Below, piece by piece: positions 27,001 to 35,162 of a stretch of 64,000 nucleotides of DNA. How positions within the stretch are numbered: the stretch's first letter is position 1; each line of letters opens with the position of its first letter. Below the pieces are notes generated by a model that did not search any database, was not told where the DNA came from, and saw nothing but the letters and a program-made list of their open reading frames with translations. A program made the translations under genes and the position numbers. The DNA is from an uncultured Acidobacteriota bacterium (lineage in GTDB: Bacteria; Acidobacteriota; Vicinamibacteria; Fen-336), in contig CAVTBK010000004.1 of assembly GCA_963732935.1 (NCBI GenBank), forward strand, positions 258,327 to 322,326, written 5' to 3'.

Positions 27001-27149
27001 AGCTGATGCGGCAGTTCTACAGCGCGCTTCGCGCTGGAGCACCAACGGCGAAGGCCTTGCGCCAGGCGCAACTGAAGCTGCTGCACCGGCCGGCGACCTC
27101 TGCGCCGTTCTTCTGGGCCGCCTTCCAGCTCGTCGGCGACTGGCGGTAG
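24093..27149 (+). CDS. TPR-repeat + CHAT (caspase-like protease) domain protein. The start is uncertain; this is probably the C-terminal part of a longer anti-sigma-PDZ-TPR-CHAT polypeptide
   Basis: Many TPR-like repeats (residues ~60-520). C-terminal CHAT domain with the catalytic pair …ARIIHFATHGF… and …ADLVTLSACRTALG…, followed by …RSVLASLWEVNDASTAELMRQFY. The frame is open upstream to 24006 and encodes the end of a PDZ domain. Confidence 0.85.
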   Translation: MALDCERDGRALAVSLFPDQWGLDAQLSGDDAGEPSAAAWTRLERAVSLIETDLEQARRTAVQAANAAPTPSARALVRFAFAEALRRRSRYAEAAREYEEAIRIEEPLAGNTLVLARLYEGAGFAAYSLLKDLPPARRRLERGLAILEKEAPESLACARTLQALAQTLDSTTDAQRLLLRASALAEKLAPDTLTHASILYSLAWVTPTAEQLEWARHALAIRERLAPDSVELAAALRLVGLSLDSFGRRQEAEAHVKRAARLLERIQPKGTALASTLESLGAMAMDCGELADAERALRRALALRLEHGFASHTAITLLNLVDLLVLRRDLDEARVDAERARTILERELPDSEYLGYACRSLGEIALETGDVSGAETWFRRAVAIFRKVNPTGFAFGTAENDLGQALARAGRLEEARVAHEHALQLVRDVDNVRAATIQDDLAALALQRGDLDTAETWFEKALAARRRLAPGSIWEAMSEHSLGVLARRRGRPQQALEHFQRAVDALDAQARRLGGAPEVAAAFRAHYQDFYRDLEGLLLESGHPTEAFTVLDRGRARVLLALLAQRAIVLPELPADLERERREADAEHDAVVEQLATLADHDPKRAELTRRYAEARRRQDEVRARIRAAAPRAAALLDPEPLDLDGVRQALEPGTLLLAYSLGADGSRVYAVGPGPADFAVHDLAATEPEIRHAVESFRTLLERRRGPLLRHGLDEQARALGRTLVQPAAGALARARRLLIVPDGVLNLLPFSALQLRASDGRFRWLVEAAPPLHLAASVTLYAQLAERRGRSAGHEVVAFGDPAYAAGPAAAHDAAVARGMEWGLRLEPLPAARGELAALRQLAPGETRLWLGAEATEERAKQVGSEARIIHFATHGFVDEDFPLESGLALATPPPGDEGRDNGLLQAWEVFESVRIDADLVTLSACRTALGKEVGGEGLVGLTWAFEYAGARSVLASLWEVNDASTAELMRQFYSALRAGAPTAKALRQAQLKLLHRPATSAPFFWAAFQLVGDWR

Positions 27150-27393
27150 CTCCCGGCCCCATCATTTGCGGCGTCCGGCGCGCAGTCGACTATCCTGGTG
27201 GAGCAGCGACGGGTGCCTGTGCCCTGGCAGCGGAAGGGGGTCGCGCATGATGTGGGTCGCCTCGATCAAGACGCGCCGCGTCGCCGTTTCTGCGCTCGCG
27301 GCCCGACTACACGACCGAGATCCTCCGCACGAGCCGGTCGGGCATCTCGGTGAGCTGCCGGGTCCGCTGAGCGGCCCGGCGGAGGTCCCCCTC

Positions 27394-28861
27394 ATGCGCA
27401 TCTCTCGATGGATCGTGCTCGTGCTCGGTGCGTGCCTCCTGCCTGCGGGACTCTCGGCCCAGGCGCGGCCCACGCCGACCCCCTCGCCGTCCGGGCGGCG
27501 GAACCCGTTCCTGATGAGCCCGGAGGAACGCGCGCGCCTGGACCGGCTGTCGCGTGAGGACCACGCCGACATGATGAGGCAGCTCGGCATCACGAAGCTT
27601 CGGCCCGGCTACGACGGCTGGGCGACCGCCGGCAGTCCGGGCGCCGCGAACTACGACGAGGCCAAGGCCAACCCCTACCCCGACTGGCCGGACGTGCTGA
27701 CCATGAAGGACGGCCGGAAGGTGACGACGCCGCAGCAATGGTGGCAGGAGAGACGCCCGGAGATCGTCCGCGACTTCGAACGCGAGGTCTACGGCCGCGT
27801 GCCCGCCGACGCACCCAAGGTGGCCTGGAACGTGGCCGAGACCGCGAGGACGACGGTCGGCGGCCGGCCGGTCGTAGCCCGACGCGTGATCGGGCACGTC
27901 GACAACTCCGCTTGTCCCTCGATCGCGGTGGACGTCGAGATGGCGGTCGTGCTGCCCGCGCGCGCCAAGGGGCCGGTTCCGGTCCTGATCATGTTCGGCT
28001 GGGGCAACATGCCCGACGAGCCGGTGCCGCACTTCCCGGGCTTCCAGGAACCAAAGGCTCCACCCTCCCCGAGTCAGCTCGTCGCCGCGGGCTGGGGCTA
28101 CGTGTCACTCAGCCCCTCCAGCATCCAGGCCGACAACGGGGCCGGCCTGACCGAGGGCATCATCGGGCTCACCAACCAGGGCAAGCGCCGCACGCCCGAA
28201 CAGTGGGGCGCGCTCCGCGCCTGGGCCTGGGGAGCAGCGCGCGCGCTCGACTACCTCGAGACCCTGCCCGCGGTCGACGCCAAGCGCGTGGGCATCGAAG
28301 GAGTCTCGCGCTACGGCAAGGCCGCTCTCGTCACCATGGCCTTCGAGCCGCGCTTCGCGGTCGCGCTCGTCGGATCGTCCGGCGAAGGGGGCGCCAAGCC
28401 GCACCGCCGCAACTTCGGCGAGGCGGTCGAGAACCTCACTGGTTCCGGTGCCTACCACTGGATGGCCGGCAACTTCCTCAAGTACGGCGCCGCCGAGTCG
28501 TCCTTCGGCAGCAGGAACGCGAACGACATTCCGGTCGACGCTCACGAGCTGATCGCCCTGTGCGCACCGCGCCCTGTCTTCATCAGCTACGGGGTCCCCG
28601 AGAACGGCGACGCCAAGTGGCTTGATCAGAAGGGGAGCTTCATGGCGGCGGTGGCCGCGGGGCCGGTCTATCGCCTCCTCGGCGCGCGCGACCTCGGCGT
28701 GAGAGAGGACTACCGCGTGGCCAGGATGCCGCCCCCCGGGACGGGCCTCCTGGACGGTGCCCTCGCCTGGCGCCAGCACGACGGCGGGCCACGAGGACCG
28801 CTCGAACATGAGCTTCTTCATCGCCTGGGCCGACCGGATGCTGCGTGCCACGATCCCCTAG
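27394..28861 (+). CDS. CE15-like glucuronoyl esterase with signal peptide; apparent 1-nt frameshift near 28795
   Basis: ATG 27394 (RBS GGAGG); signal peptide MRISRWIVLVLGACLLPAGLSAQA. IEGVSRYGKAALVTMAFEPRFAVALVGSSGEGGAKPHRRNFGE resembles the CE15 G-C-S-R-x-G nucleophile region (V in place of C). The last ~20 aa (…HEDRSNMSFFIAWADRMLRATIP*) are in the +1 frame and end 25 nt before the next gene. Confidence 0.7.
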
Positions 28862-28885
28862 AATCCTTCCTGCGGGAGGTAACGC

Positions 28886-31093
28886 ATGGAAACACGGCTC
28901 CCTCATCTCGCGAGTCGTTTCGGCGAGGCTGCGATCGCCGGGGTCCTGACGGCCGTCCTGGCCGGATGTGGCGGCGGCGAGACGCCGGGCGTCACTTCCA
29001 GCAGCGGCAGCCCGGACGAGCGTGCCGACCAGCTGATCGCCCAGATGACGTTGGACGAGAAGATCCAGCTGGTCCACGGCGGCGCGGCCACCGACTGGTG
29101 GAACCACGTCCTCCCGCACGGCGGCGGCTGGGTGCCCGGCATCCCGCGGCTGGGGATCCCGGACCTCTACCTGGCGGACGGAAGCGTCGGCCTGGCCAAC
29201 AAGGCGGGGCCGGCGACCGCCCTGCCCTCCTCGATCGCCAGCGCCGCCAGCTGGGATCTCGAGCTGGCCTACAGGTACGGTCAGGTGATCGGGACCGAGG
29301 CGGCGGCCAAGGGCATCAACGTGAACCTCGGCGGCAACGTCAACCTGATCGGACGCGAGCCCCGCGACGGGCGCACGTTCGAGACCAAGGGCGAGGACCC
29401 GACCCTGGCGGGTCGGATCACGGCGGCGCACCTGCGCGCGATCCAGGACCAGCACGTGATCGCCGGCGTCAAGCACTTCGCCCTCAACGACCAGGAGACC
29501 GGCCGCTTCACTGCCGACGTGAGGATCGGCGACCGCGACGCGCGGGAGAGCGACCTGCTCGCCTTCGAGATCGCGGTCCGCGACTCGGACGTCCAGTCGG
29601 TGATGTGCTCCTACAACCTCGTGAACGGCGTCTACGCCTGCGAGAATCCCGAGCTGCTGAACGGCGTGCTGAAGGGTGATTGGGGCTTCCGGGGCTTCGT
29701 CATGTCGGACTGGGACGCCACCCACAGCACGGTCCGCGCGGTCCAGAGCGGGCTCGACCAGGAGCAGCCGGAGAACCTGTATCTCGACACTGACCTGAAG
29801 CAGGCCGTCCAGAGCGGAGCGGTCCCAAGCTCGAGGCTCGACGACATGGTCCACCGCATCCTGCGCGCGATGTTCGCCGCGGGAATCTTCGAGCACCCCC
29901 CGGCGGTGGGCTCGATCGACGCTGCGGCGGGCGCCGCTGCCGCGCAGGAGGCGGAGGAGCAGGGCGCGGTACTGCTGAAGAACACCGGCCTCCTACCGCT
30001 CGACCCCTCGACACACGACTCGATCGCGATCATCGGGGCGCACGCCGACGTCGGCGTGCTCTCGGGCGGCGGCTCGGCGCAAGTGATACCCATCGGCGGA
30101 CCGGCCCTCACCGAGGGCTACCCCAACCCGCCCGGCTGGTCCCAGGTCGTCTGGGTGCCCTCCTCGCCGCTGGCGGCGATCCGCGCGGCGGCCCTCGGGG
30201 CGAACGTGCGCTTCGACGACGGCACGAACGCCGCCGCCGCGTCGGCTCTGGCAGCGGCCTCCACCGTGGCGGTGGTGTTCGTCGCCCAGTGGGAGAGCGA
30301 GGGCATGGATCGCCCCAGCCTGAACCTGGTCGACGTGGTCCACTCGAACCCGATCGACCAGGACGCGCTGGTAGCGGCGGTCGCCGCGGCCAATCCGCGC
30401 ACGGTCGTGGTGATCGAGAGCGGCGGTCCCGTCGTGATGCCGTGGCTGGCGCGGGTCGGCGCCGTGCTCGCGGCCTGGTATCCCGGGCAGCGCGGGGGCG
30501 AGGCCATCGCCAACATCCTCTTCGGCGCGGTCAATCCCTCCGGCAAGCTCCCGCTCACCTTCCCGGCGCGGGTCGGGGACCTGCCGCGCCCGACCATCGA
30601 CGTCCCCGCGAACTCGACAACGCCCTTCACGGTCGACTACACGATCGATGGCTGGCGGGTCGGCTACAAGTGGTTCGACTCCCGGCACCTCACACCGCTC
30701 TTCCCGTTCGGCTACGGGCTCTCCTACACGACCTTCTCGATCGGCAACCTGCAGCTCGCGGCGACGCCGGCCGGGACCGACTCGGCGTTCCAGGTGAGCC
30801 TCGAGCTGCAGAACACCGGAGGCCGGGCGGGCGCCGAGGTGGCGCAGGTCTATCTGGATCTGCCCGCCGCGACGGGCGAGCCGCGACGGCTGGTGGGTTG
30901 GCAGAAGGTCGCCCTCGACCCCGGCCAGCAACAGCGGGTGACGATCGAGGTCAAGGCAGGCGACTCGGCGCACCCTCTCTCGTACTGGGACGAGGGTTCG
31001 CACGCCTGGGTGGTCGCTTCGGGGACGTACGGCGTCCAGGTCGGCGACTCCTCGCGCCACCTCCAATCGGCCGGTACGTTCCACGTGCCCTAG
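28886..31093 (+). CDS. GH3-family beta-glucosidase/beta-xylosidase lipoprotein
   Basis: ATG 28886 (GGGAGG upstream). Lipobox LAGC. GH3 motifs …KHFALNDQE…, nucleophile region GFVMSDWDA, and the C-terminal fibronectin-like domain. Confidence 0.9.
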   Translation: METRLPHLASRFGEAAIAGVLTAVLAGCGGGETPGVTSSSGSPDERADQLIAQMTLDEKIQLVHGGAATDWWNHVLPHGGGWVPGIPRLGIPDLYLADGSVGLANKAGPATALPSSIASAASWDLELAYRYGQVIGTEAAAKGINVNLGGNVNLIGREPRDGRTFETKGEDPTLAGRITAAHLRAIQDQHVIAGVKHFALNDQETGRFTADVRIGDRDARESDLLAFEIAVRDSDVQSVMCSYNLVNGVYACENPELLNGVLKGDWGFRGFVMSDWDATHSTVRAVQSGLDQEQPENLYLDTDLKQAVQSGAVPSSRLDDMVHRILRAMFAAGIFEHPPAVGSIDAAAGAAAAQEAEEQGAVLLKNTGLLPLDPSTHDSIAIIGAHADVGVLSGGGSAQVIPIGGPALTEGYPNPPGWSQVVWVPSSPLAAIRAAALGANVRFDDGTNAAAASALAAASTVAVVFVAQWESEGMDRPSLNLVDVVHSNPIDQDALVAAVAAANPRTVVVIESGGPVVMPWLARVGAVLAAWYPGQRGGEAIANILFGAVNPSGKLPLTFPARVGDLPRPTIDVPANSTTPFTVDYTIDGWRVGYKWFDSRHLTPLFPFGYGLSYTTFSIGNLQLAATPAGTDSAFQVSLELQNTGGRAGAEVAQVYLDLPAATGEPRRLVGWQKVALDPGQQQRVTIEVKAGDSAHPLSYWDEGSHAWVVASGTYGVQVGDSSRHLQSAGTFHVP

Positions 31094-31236
31094 CGCCTTT
31101 CCAGCCTCAACTTCGACCGCGCGGCCCAGCGGCTGTGGCGGCTGATCGGGGTGCATGCGTATGGCTGGCGTCGGCGGGCAGCCGCCGCAGGGTAGCCCTC
31201 GCGGGCCCCGCACCGAGCGTCGCGGTGCTTCGTTCT

Positions 31237-32340
31237 TCAGAGCCGGACGGTCTTGCCGGCGGCCGCGGACTCGTAGATGGCGGTCATGATCCGGAGGTCC
31301 TGGCGCCCCTCCTCGCCCGGAACCTTGGTAGGACGGCCGGTGAGGATGCAGTCGGCGAAGTCGTCCATCTCGGCGGCGAACTGGTCGATGTCGGGCAAGC
31401 TCATCTCCTTCACCCCGTCGCTGCCGTAGGTGCGGCCCCGGATGCCGTGGTAGTAGAGCGCGGGCGAGAGCTCGAACGCCCCCTGTCCCGCGCCGGCCCA
31501 GAAGCGGCTGAGATTCGTGGCGTAGCTGCTGCTGCAGCCGGCGAGGATGCCGTTCGGGAACTCGAGGTCGAAGAGGACCGACTCGTCGACGTCCTTGAAC
31601 TTCGCGGGCTCGGTCACGCTCGAGCGCGCGCTGACCGCGATCGGCTCGGCGCCCGCGATATGGCGGGCCGCCTGCAGCGCGTAGATGCCGATGTCCATGA
31701 GCGAGCCGCCGCCCGAGAGCTTCTTGTCGAGGCGCCACTGGGAGGGATCGCCGATGCGGAAGCCCGCCGAGGCCTCGATCACCTTCACCGGTCCGAACGT
31801 CCTCTCGCGGGCGAGCCGCACCATCTCCAGGTTGTAGGGCTCGAAGTGCAGCCGGTAGCCGATCGCGAGCTGGCGCCCGGCGGCGCGGCAGGCCGCGATC
31901 ATCTCGTCGCACTCCTTCACCGAGACGGCCATCGGCTTCTCGCACAACACGTGCTTGCCGGCCTTCGCCGCGCGGATCGTGTACTCCGCGTGCATGCTGT
32001 TCGGCAGCACGACGTAGACCACGTCGATCTCGGGATCGTCGGCAATGCGATCGAAGGTCTGGTAGCTGTAGAGGCTCTCGGCCGGGACGCCGTAGCGGCT
32101 CGCCCACTCGCGCGCCTTGTCGGGGTGGCCGCTCACCAGGCCGGCCAGCCGGCAGTTCCGAGTGCGCGCGAACGCCGGCGCGAGCTGCTCGCCGGCGAGC
32201 TTCCCCAGCCCGACCAGGGCGAAGCCCAGCCGCCGGCGCGGTGGCTGTTGGGCGGCCAGCACATCCCCCATCCCCACGAGCGGCGATGCGGCGGCGGCTC
32301 CGACGGCCAGGCGCAAGAAGCGGCGGCGACTCTGGGGCAT
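31237..32340 (-). CDS. Gfo/Idh/MocA-family NAD(P)-dependent oxidoreductase with a TAT signal; candidate periplasmic sugar dehydrogenase
   Basis: Start MPQSRRRFLRLAVGAAAASPLVG (twin-arginine motif; ATG 32340). Rossmann motif GFALVGLGKLAGEQ. EKP motif LCEKPMA. Confidence 0.85.
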   Translation of the reverse strand: MPQSRRRFLRLAVGAAAASPLVGMGDVLAAQQPPRRRLGFALVGLGKLAGEQLAPAFARTRNCRLAGLVSGHPDKAREWASRYGVPAESLYSYQTFDRIADDPEIDVVYVVLPNSMHAEYTIRAAKAGKHVLCEKPMAVSVKECDEMIAACRAAGRQLAIGYRLHFEPYNLEMVRLARERTFGPVKVIEASAGFRIGDPSQWRLDKKLSGGGSLMDIGIYALQAARHIAGAEPIAVSARSSVTEPAKFKDVDESVLFDLEFPNGILAGCSSSYATNLSRFWAGAGQGAFELSPALYYHGIRGRTYGSDGVKEMSLPDIDQFAAEMDDFADCILTGRPTKVPGEEGRQDLRIMTAIYESAAAGKTVRL

Positions 32341-32717
32341 GAACGACTCCTCATCTAATGTGGTGATCGCAATCAACTATACGCCAGGAGCACTCGGGCA
32401 GCGGCGCCTGCTCCGACCCGTGCAGAGTCGCCTCGTGGGATGCTTCGCCGCCCACCGGGGCTCGTCCCGCGACGTTGCCCCGCGCTGTCCATCTCGGCAT
32501 GCCGCCGAGCCTTGCCTTCGTCCAGACCGACCCCGGACGCCGGTCGTCCTCCAGTCCCGCGAGCGAGAGCGAGGTGAGCCCCGCAGGGGTGCTCCAGTCG
32601 GCCGGGCAGACCACGACCGGCCGGAGCGCGTCCTCGGCGCGCACGGCTGCGTGCGACACTGCGGGGTCGCCTCGCAAGCTGGGGCTCGGCTGTCCCCGAG
32701 CATGCGCTGCGGTGATC

Positions 32718-34313
32718 CTAGGTGCCCGCTGCGCTCGTCCACCTCCCGTCGACCAGGCGCCAGATCCCGCGGGGATTGTCGTCCCTGAGCTCGGGCGGGA
32801 GGGCCTCCTCCGGGAAGCCCTGATAGCAGACCGGATGGGCGAAGCGCTCGATCGAGGCGGTGCCGATGGACGTGTAGTGGGAGTCGGTCGTGGCCGGATA
32901 GGGCCCGCCGTGGTGCATGGCGGCGCACACCTCGATCCCGGTCGGGAATCCGTTGAAGACGATCCGACCGACCCGGCGTTCCAGGATGCGAACCAGCCCG
33001 CCGTGGCTCTCGAGCTCTGCGTGGGTACCGTGGATCGTCGCCGTGAGGTGGCCACGCATGCGGCGCGCGACCCGCTCGAGGTCCGAGGCGGTCGGGCACG
33101 AGATGACGACCGAGACCGGGCCGAAGACCTCCTCCCACAGTCGCGGCTGGGCGTCGAGCGTCGCGAGGTCCGTGCTGAACAGGACGCAGGGCACCTCGGT
33201 CTTGCCGGCGTCGGCGGGCGCCTTCGACTCGCCCAGCAACCGCACACCGGGCGTCTTGCGGAGGCGGCCCAGGCCGCCGTGAAAGGACTCGCAGGTCCCC
33301 CGGTTGAGCATCGTGGCGGGCGCCACCTCGCGCGCGCTCGCCGCGATCGCCTCGAGAAATGGTTGAAAGGCAGGGCCCGCGACACCGAGCAGGATGCCGG
33401 GGTTGGTGCAGAACTGCCCCGTGCCGAGCGTCACGGACTGGACGTAGCCGGCGGCGATCTCGGCTCCGCGCGCAGCCATGGCCTCGGGCAGCACGAACAC
33501 GGGGTTGGTGCTGCCCATCTCGGCGTAGACGGGAATCGGCTCGGGCCGGGCCGCCGCGGCGTCGAAGAGGGCGTGTCCACCGGCCTGCGACCCCGTGAAG
33601 GCCACGACCTTCGTGAGCGGGTGACGGACGAGCGCGAGACCTACCTCGTGACCCGCCCCATGCACCATGCCGAAGACGCCGGGCGGCACGCCGCTCTTCC
33701 CGGCGGCCGCGACGATGGCGCGCCCGATCATCTCGCAGGTGCCGGGGTGCCCGGGATGGGCCTTGGCCACCACCGGGCAGCCGACCGCCAGGGCGGAGAC
33801 GGTGTCGCCGCCGCCGACCGAGATGGCAAACGGAAAGTTGCTGGCGCCGAAGACCGCCACCGGCCCGATCGGATGCAGCATGCGGCGCACGTCCGGCTTG
33901 GGAAGCGGCTGGCGGTCCGGGGCGGCGTGGTCGATGCGCGCCTCCACCCAGGACCCTTCGCGCACGAGCTGGGCGAAGAGACGCGTCTGGCTGACCATGC
34001 GGGTGCGCTCCCCCGCCAGCCGGGCCGAAGGCAGCGCCGTCTCGGCATGGGCCTGCTCGAGGAGAGCATCACCCAGGCCCAGCCATTCCTCGGCCACGGC
34101 CTCCAGGAAGGCGGCGATCGTCTCGCCGCCGAGACCGCGGTAGGCGTCGAAGGCCTGGTCGGCGGCCTGGAGCGCGCGGTCGACCTCGGCCTCGGTGGCC
34201 TCGTGAACCGGAGCTGTCGTCGCCTCCCCCGTCGACGGGTTGCGCCCGACGAAGGTGGTCTTCCCCTCCGCAACGGCCTCGCCCGCGATGATCTGTCGAC
34301 CGTGAAGCTCCAT
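32718..34313 (-). CDS. Aldehyde dehydrogenase, 2,5-dioxovalerate (alpha-ketoglutarate semialdehyde) dehydrogenase-like
   Basis: ALDH-superfamily length and motifs (…FTGSQAGG…, catalytic …GTGQFCTNPG…, …VYAEMGSTNP…). Co-operonic with the FAH and IlvD/EDD genes. Confidence 0.85.
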   Translation of the reverse strand: MELHGRQIIAGEAVAEGKTTFVGRNPSTGEATTAPVHEATEAEVDRALQAADQAFDAYRGLGGETIAAFLEAVAEEWLGLGDALLEQAHAETALPSARLAGERTRMVSQTRLFAQLVREGSWVEARIDHAAPDRQPLPKPDVRRMLHPIGPVAVFGASNFPFAISVGGGDTVSALAVGCPVVAKAHPGHPGTCEMIGRAIVAAAGKSGVPPGVFGMVHGAGHEVGLALVRHPLTKVVAFTGSQAGGHALFDAAAARPEPIPVYAEMGSTNPVFVLPEAMAARGAEIAAGYVQSVTLGTGQFCTNPGILLGVAGPAFQPFLEAIAASAREVAPATMLNRGTCESFHGGLGRLRKTPGVRLLGESKAPADAGKTEVPCVLFSTDLATLDAQPRLWEEVFGPVSVVISCPTASDLERVARRMRGHLTATIHGTHAELESHGGLVRILERRVGRIVFNGFPTGIEVCAAMHHGGPYPATTDSHYTSIGTASIERFAHPVCYQGFPEEALPPELRDDNPRGIWRLVDGRWTSAAGT

Positions 34314-34333
34314 GCCCACCTCAGTGTGTTCTG

Positions 34334-35161
34334 CTAGCCCATCTCGTTGACCAGCGTTCCGATCGGCCCGATCGTGATCCGCACCGCGTCACCGCGCCGG
34401 AGGCAGAACCGCCCGGGCGGAACGATCCCCGTTCCCGTCATCAGGAAGCAGCCGACGGGGAAGGCGTTGTCGCGGAAGAGATACGCCACCAGTCGCGCCA
34501 GCGGCTTGCGCAGCTCGGAGAGCCGCGTCTCTCCCCGGAAGATCGTTCGACCGGCACGGCGGATGCCGAGGGAGATCCGCGTCGTGGGCGGCAGGGGCGC
34601 CTCCGCGATCAGCAGCCCTGGACCGATGGCAGCGCAGGCCTCGAAGGTCTTGGCCTGCGGGAGGTAGAGAGGGTTCTCTCCCTCGAGGTCGCGGCAGCTG
34701 AGGTCGTTCCCGACGGTGTAGCCGACGATGCGGCCGCGGCTGTTGACGGCGAGCGTCAGCTCGGGCTCGGGGACGATCCAGCCCGAGTCGCGCCGGAGAT
34801 GCATGGTGCCGCCGGGACCGACCACCCGGTGGGGCGTCGCCTTGAAGAACAGCTCCGGGCGGTGCGCCCGATAGATGTGGTCGTAGAAGCTGCTGCCGCC
34901 GGCGTCCTTCGACTCGGACATGCGCGCCGTGCGGCTGCGCGCGTAGGTCACGCCCGCCGCCCAGACCTCCTGACCGCCGATGGGAGCGAGCAGCCTGGCC
35001 TGCCGCGGGAGCCGCCGGAGCGGCTCCGCGGAGCGGACCGTGGCGCGCAGGAACGCCGGCAGCGCGCGCCGGTTGAAGAGCGCGTCCCAGTCGCCCGGCA
35101 CGCGATGGTAGCGACCCTCCTGCTCGACGAAGATGCCGGCGGACGAGCGGTAGAGAATCAT
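34334..35161 (-). CDS. Fumarylacetoacetate hydrolase (FAH) family protein; candidate 2-keto-3-deoxy-pentonate dehydratase (XylX/KdxD-like) by context
   Basis: Start [16 protein letters not shown] (ATG 35161). FAH-fold motifs …[11 protein letters not shown]…, …[19 protein letters not shown]…, …GTGIVPPG…. Follows the dehydratase gene with a 1-nt gap. The track ORF carries a spurious 102-codon N-terminal extension. Confidence 0.8.
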   Translation of the reverse strand: MILYRSSAGIFVEQEGRYHRVPGDWDALFNRRALPAFLRATVRSAEPLRRLPRQARLLAPIGGQEVWAAGVTYARSRTARMSESKDAGGSSFYDHIYRAHRPELFFKATPHRVVGPGGTMHLRRDSGWIVPEPELTLAVNSRGRIVGYTVGNDLSCRDLEGENPLYLPQAKTFEACAAIGPGLLIAEAPLPPTTRISLGIRRAGRTIFRGETRLSELRKPLARLVAYLFRDNAFPVGCFLMTGTGIVPPGRFCLRRGDAVRITIGPIGTLVNEMG

Positions 35162-35162
35162 C

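Noticed and set aside
24345-27086. 913-aa minus-strand ORF antisense to the TPR-CHAT gene, plus the many nested small ORFs in 24-27 kb
   Set aside because: Low-complexity translation with no motifs. The plus-strand frame carries clear TPR and CHAT signatures
31094-31236. GC-only hairpin CGGCGG-GCAG-CCGCCG in the convergent gap between GH3 and the Gfo/Idh/MocA gene as an intrinsic terminator
   Set aside because: No adjacent U-tract on either strand. GC-only hairpins occur by chance at this base composition, so it is not reported as a feature
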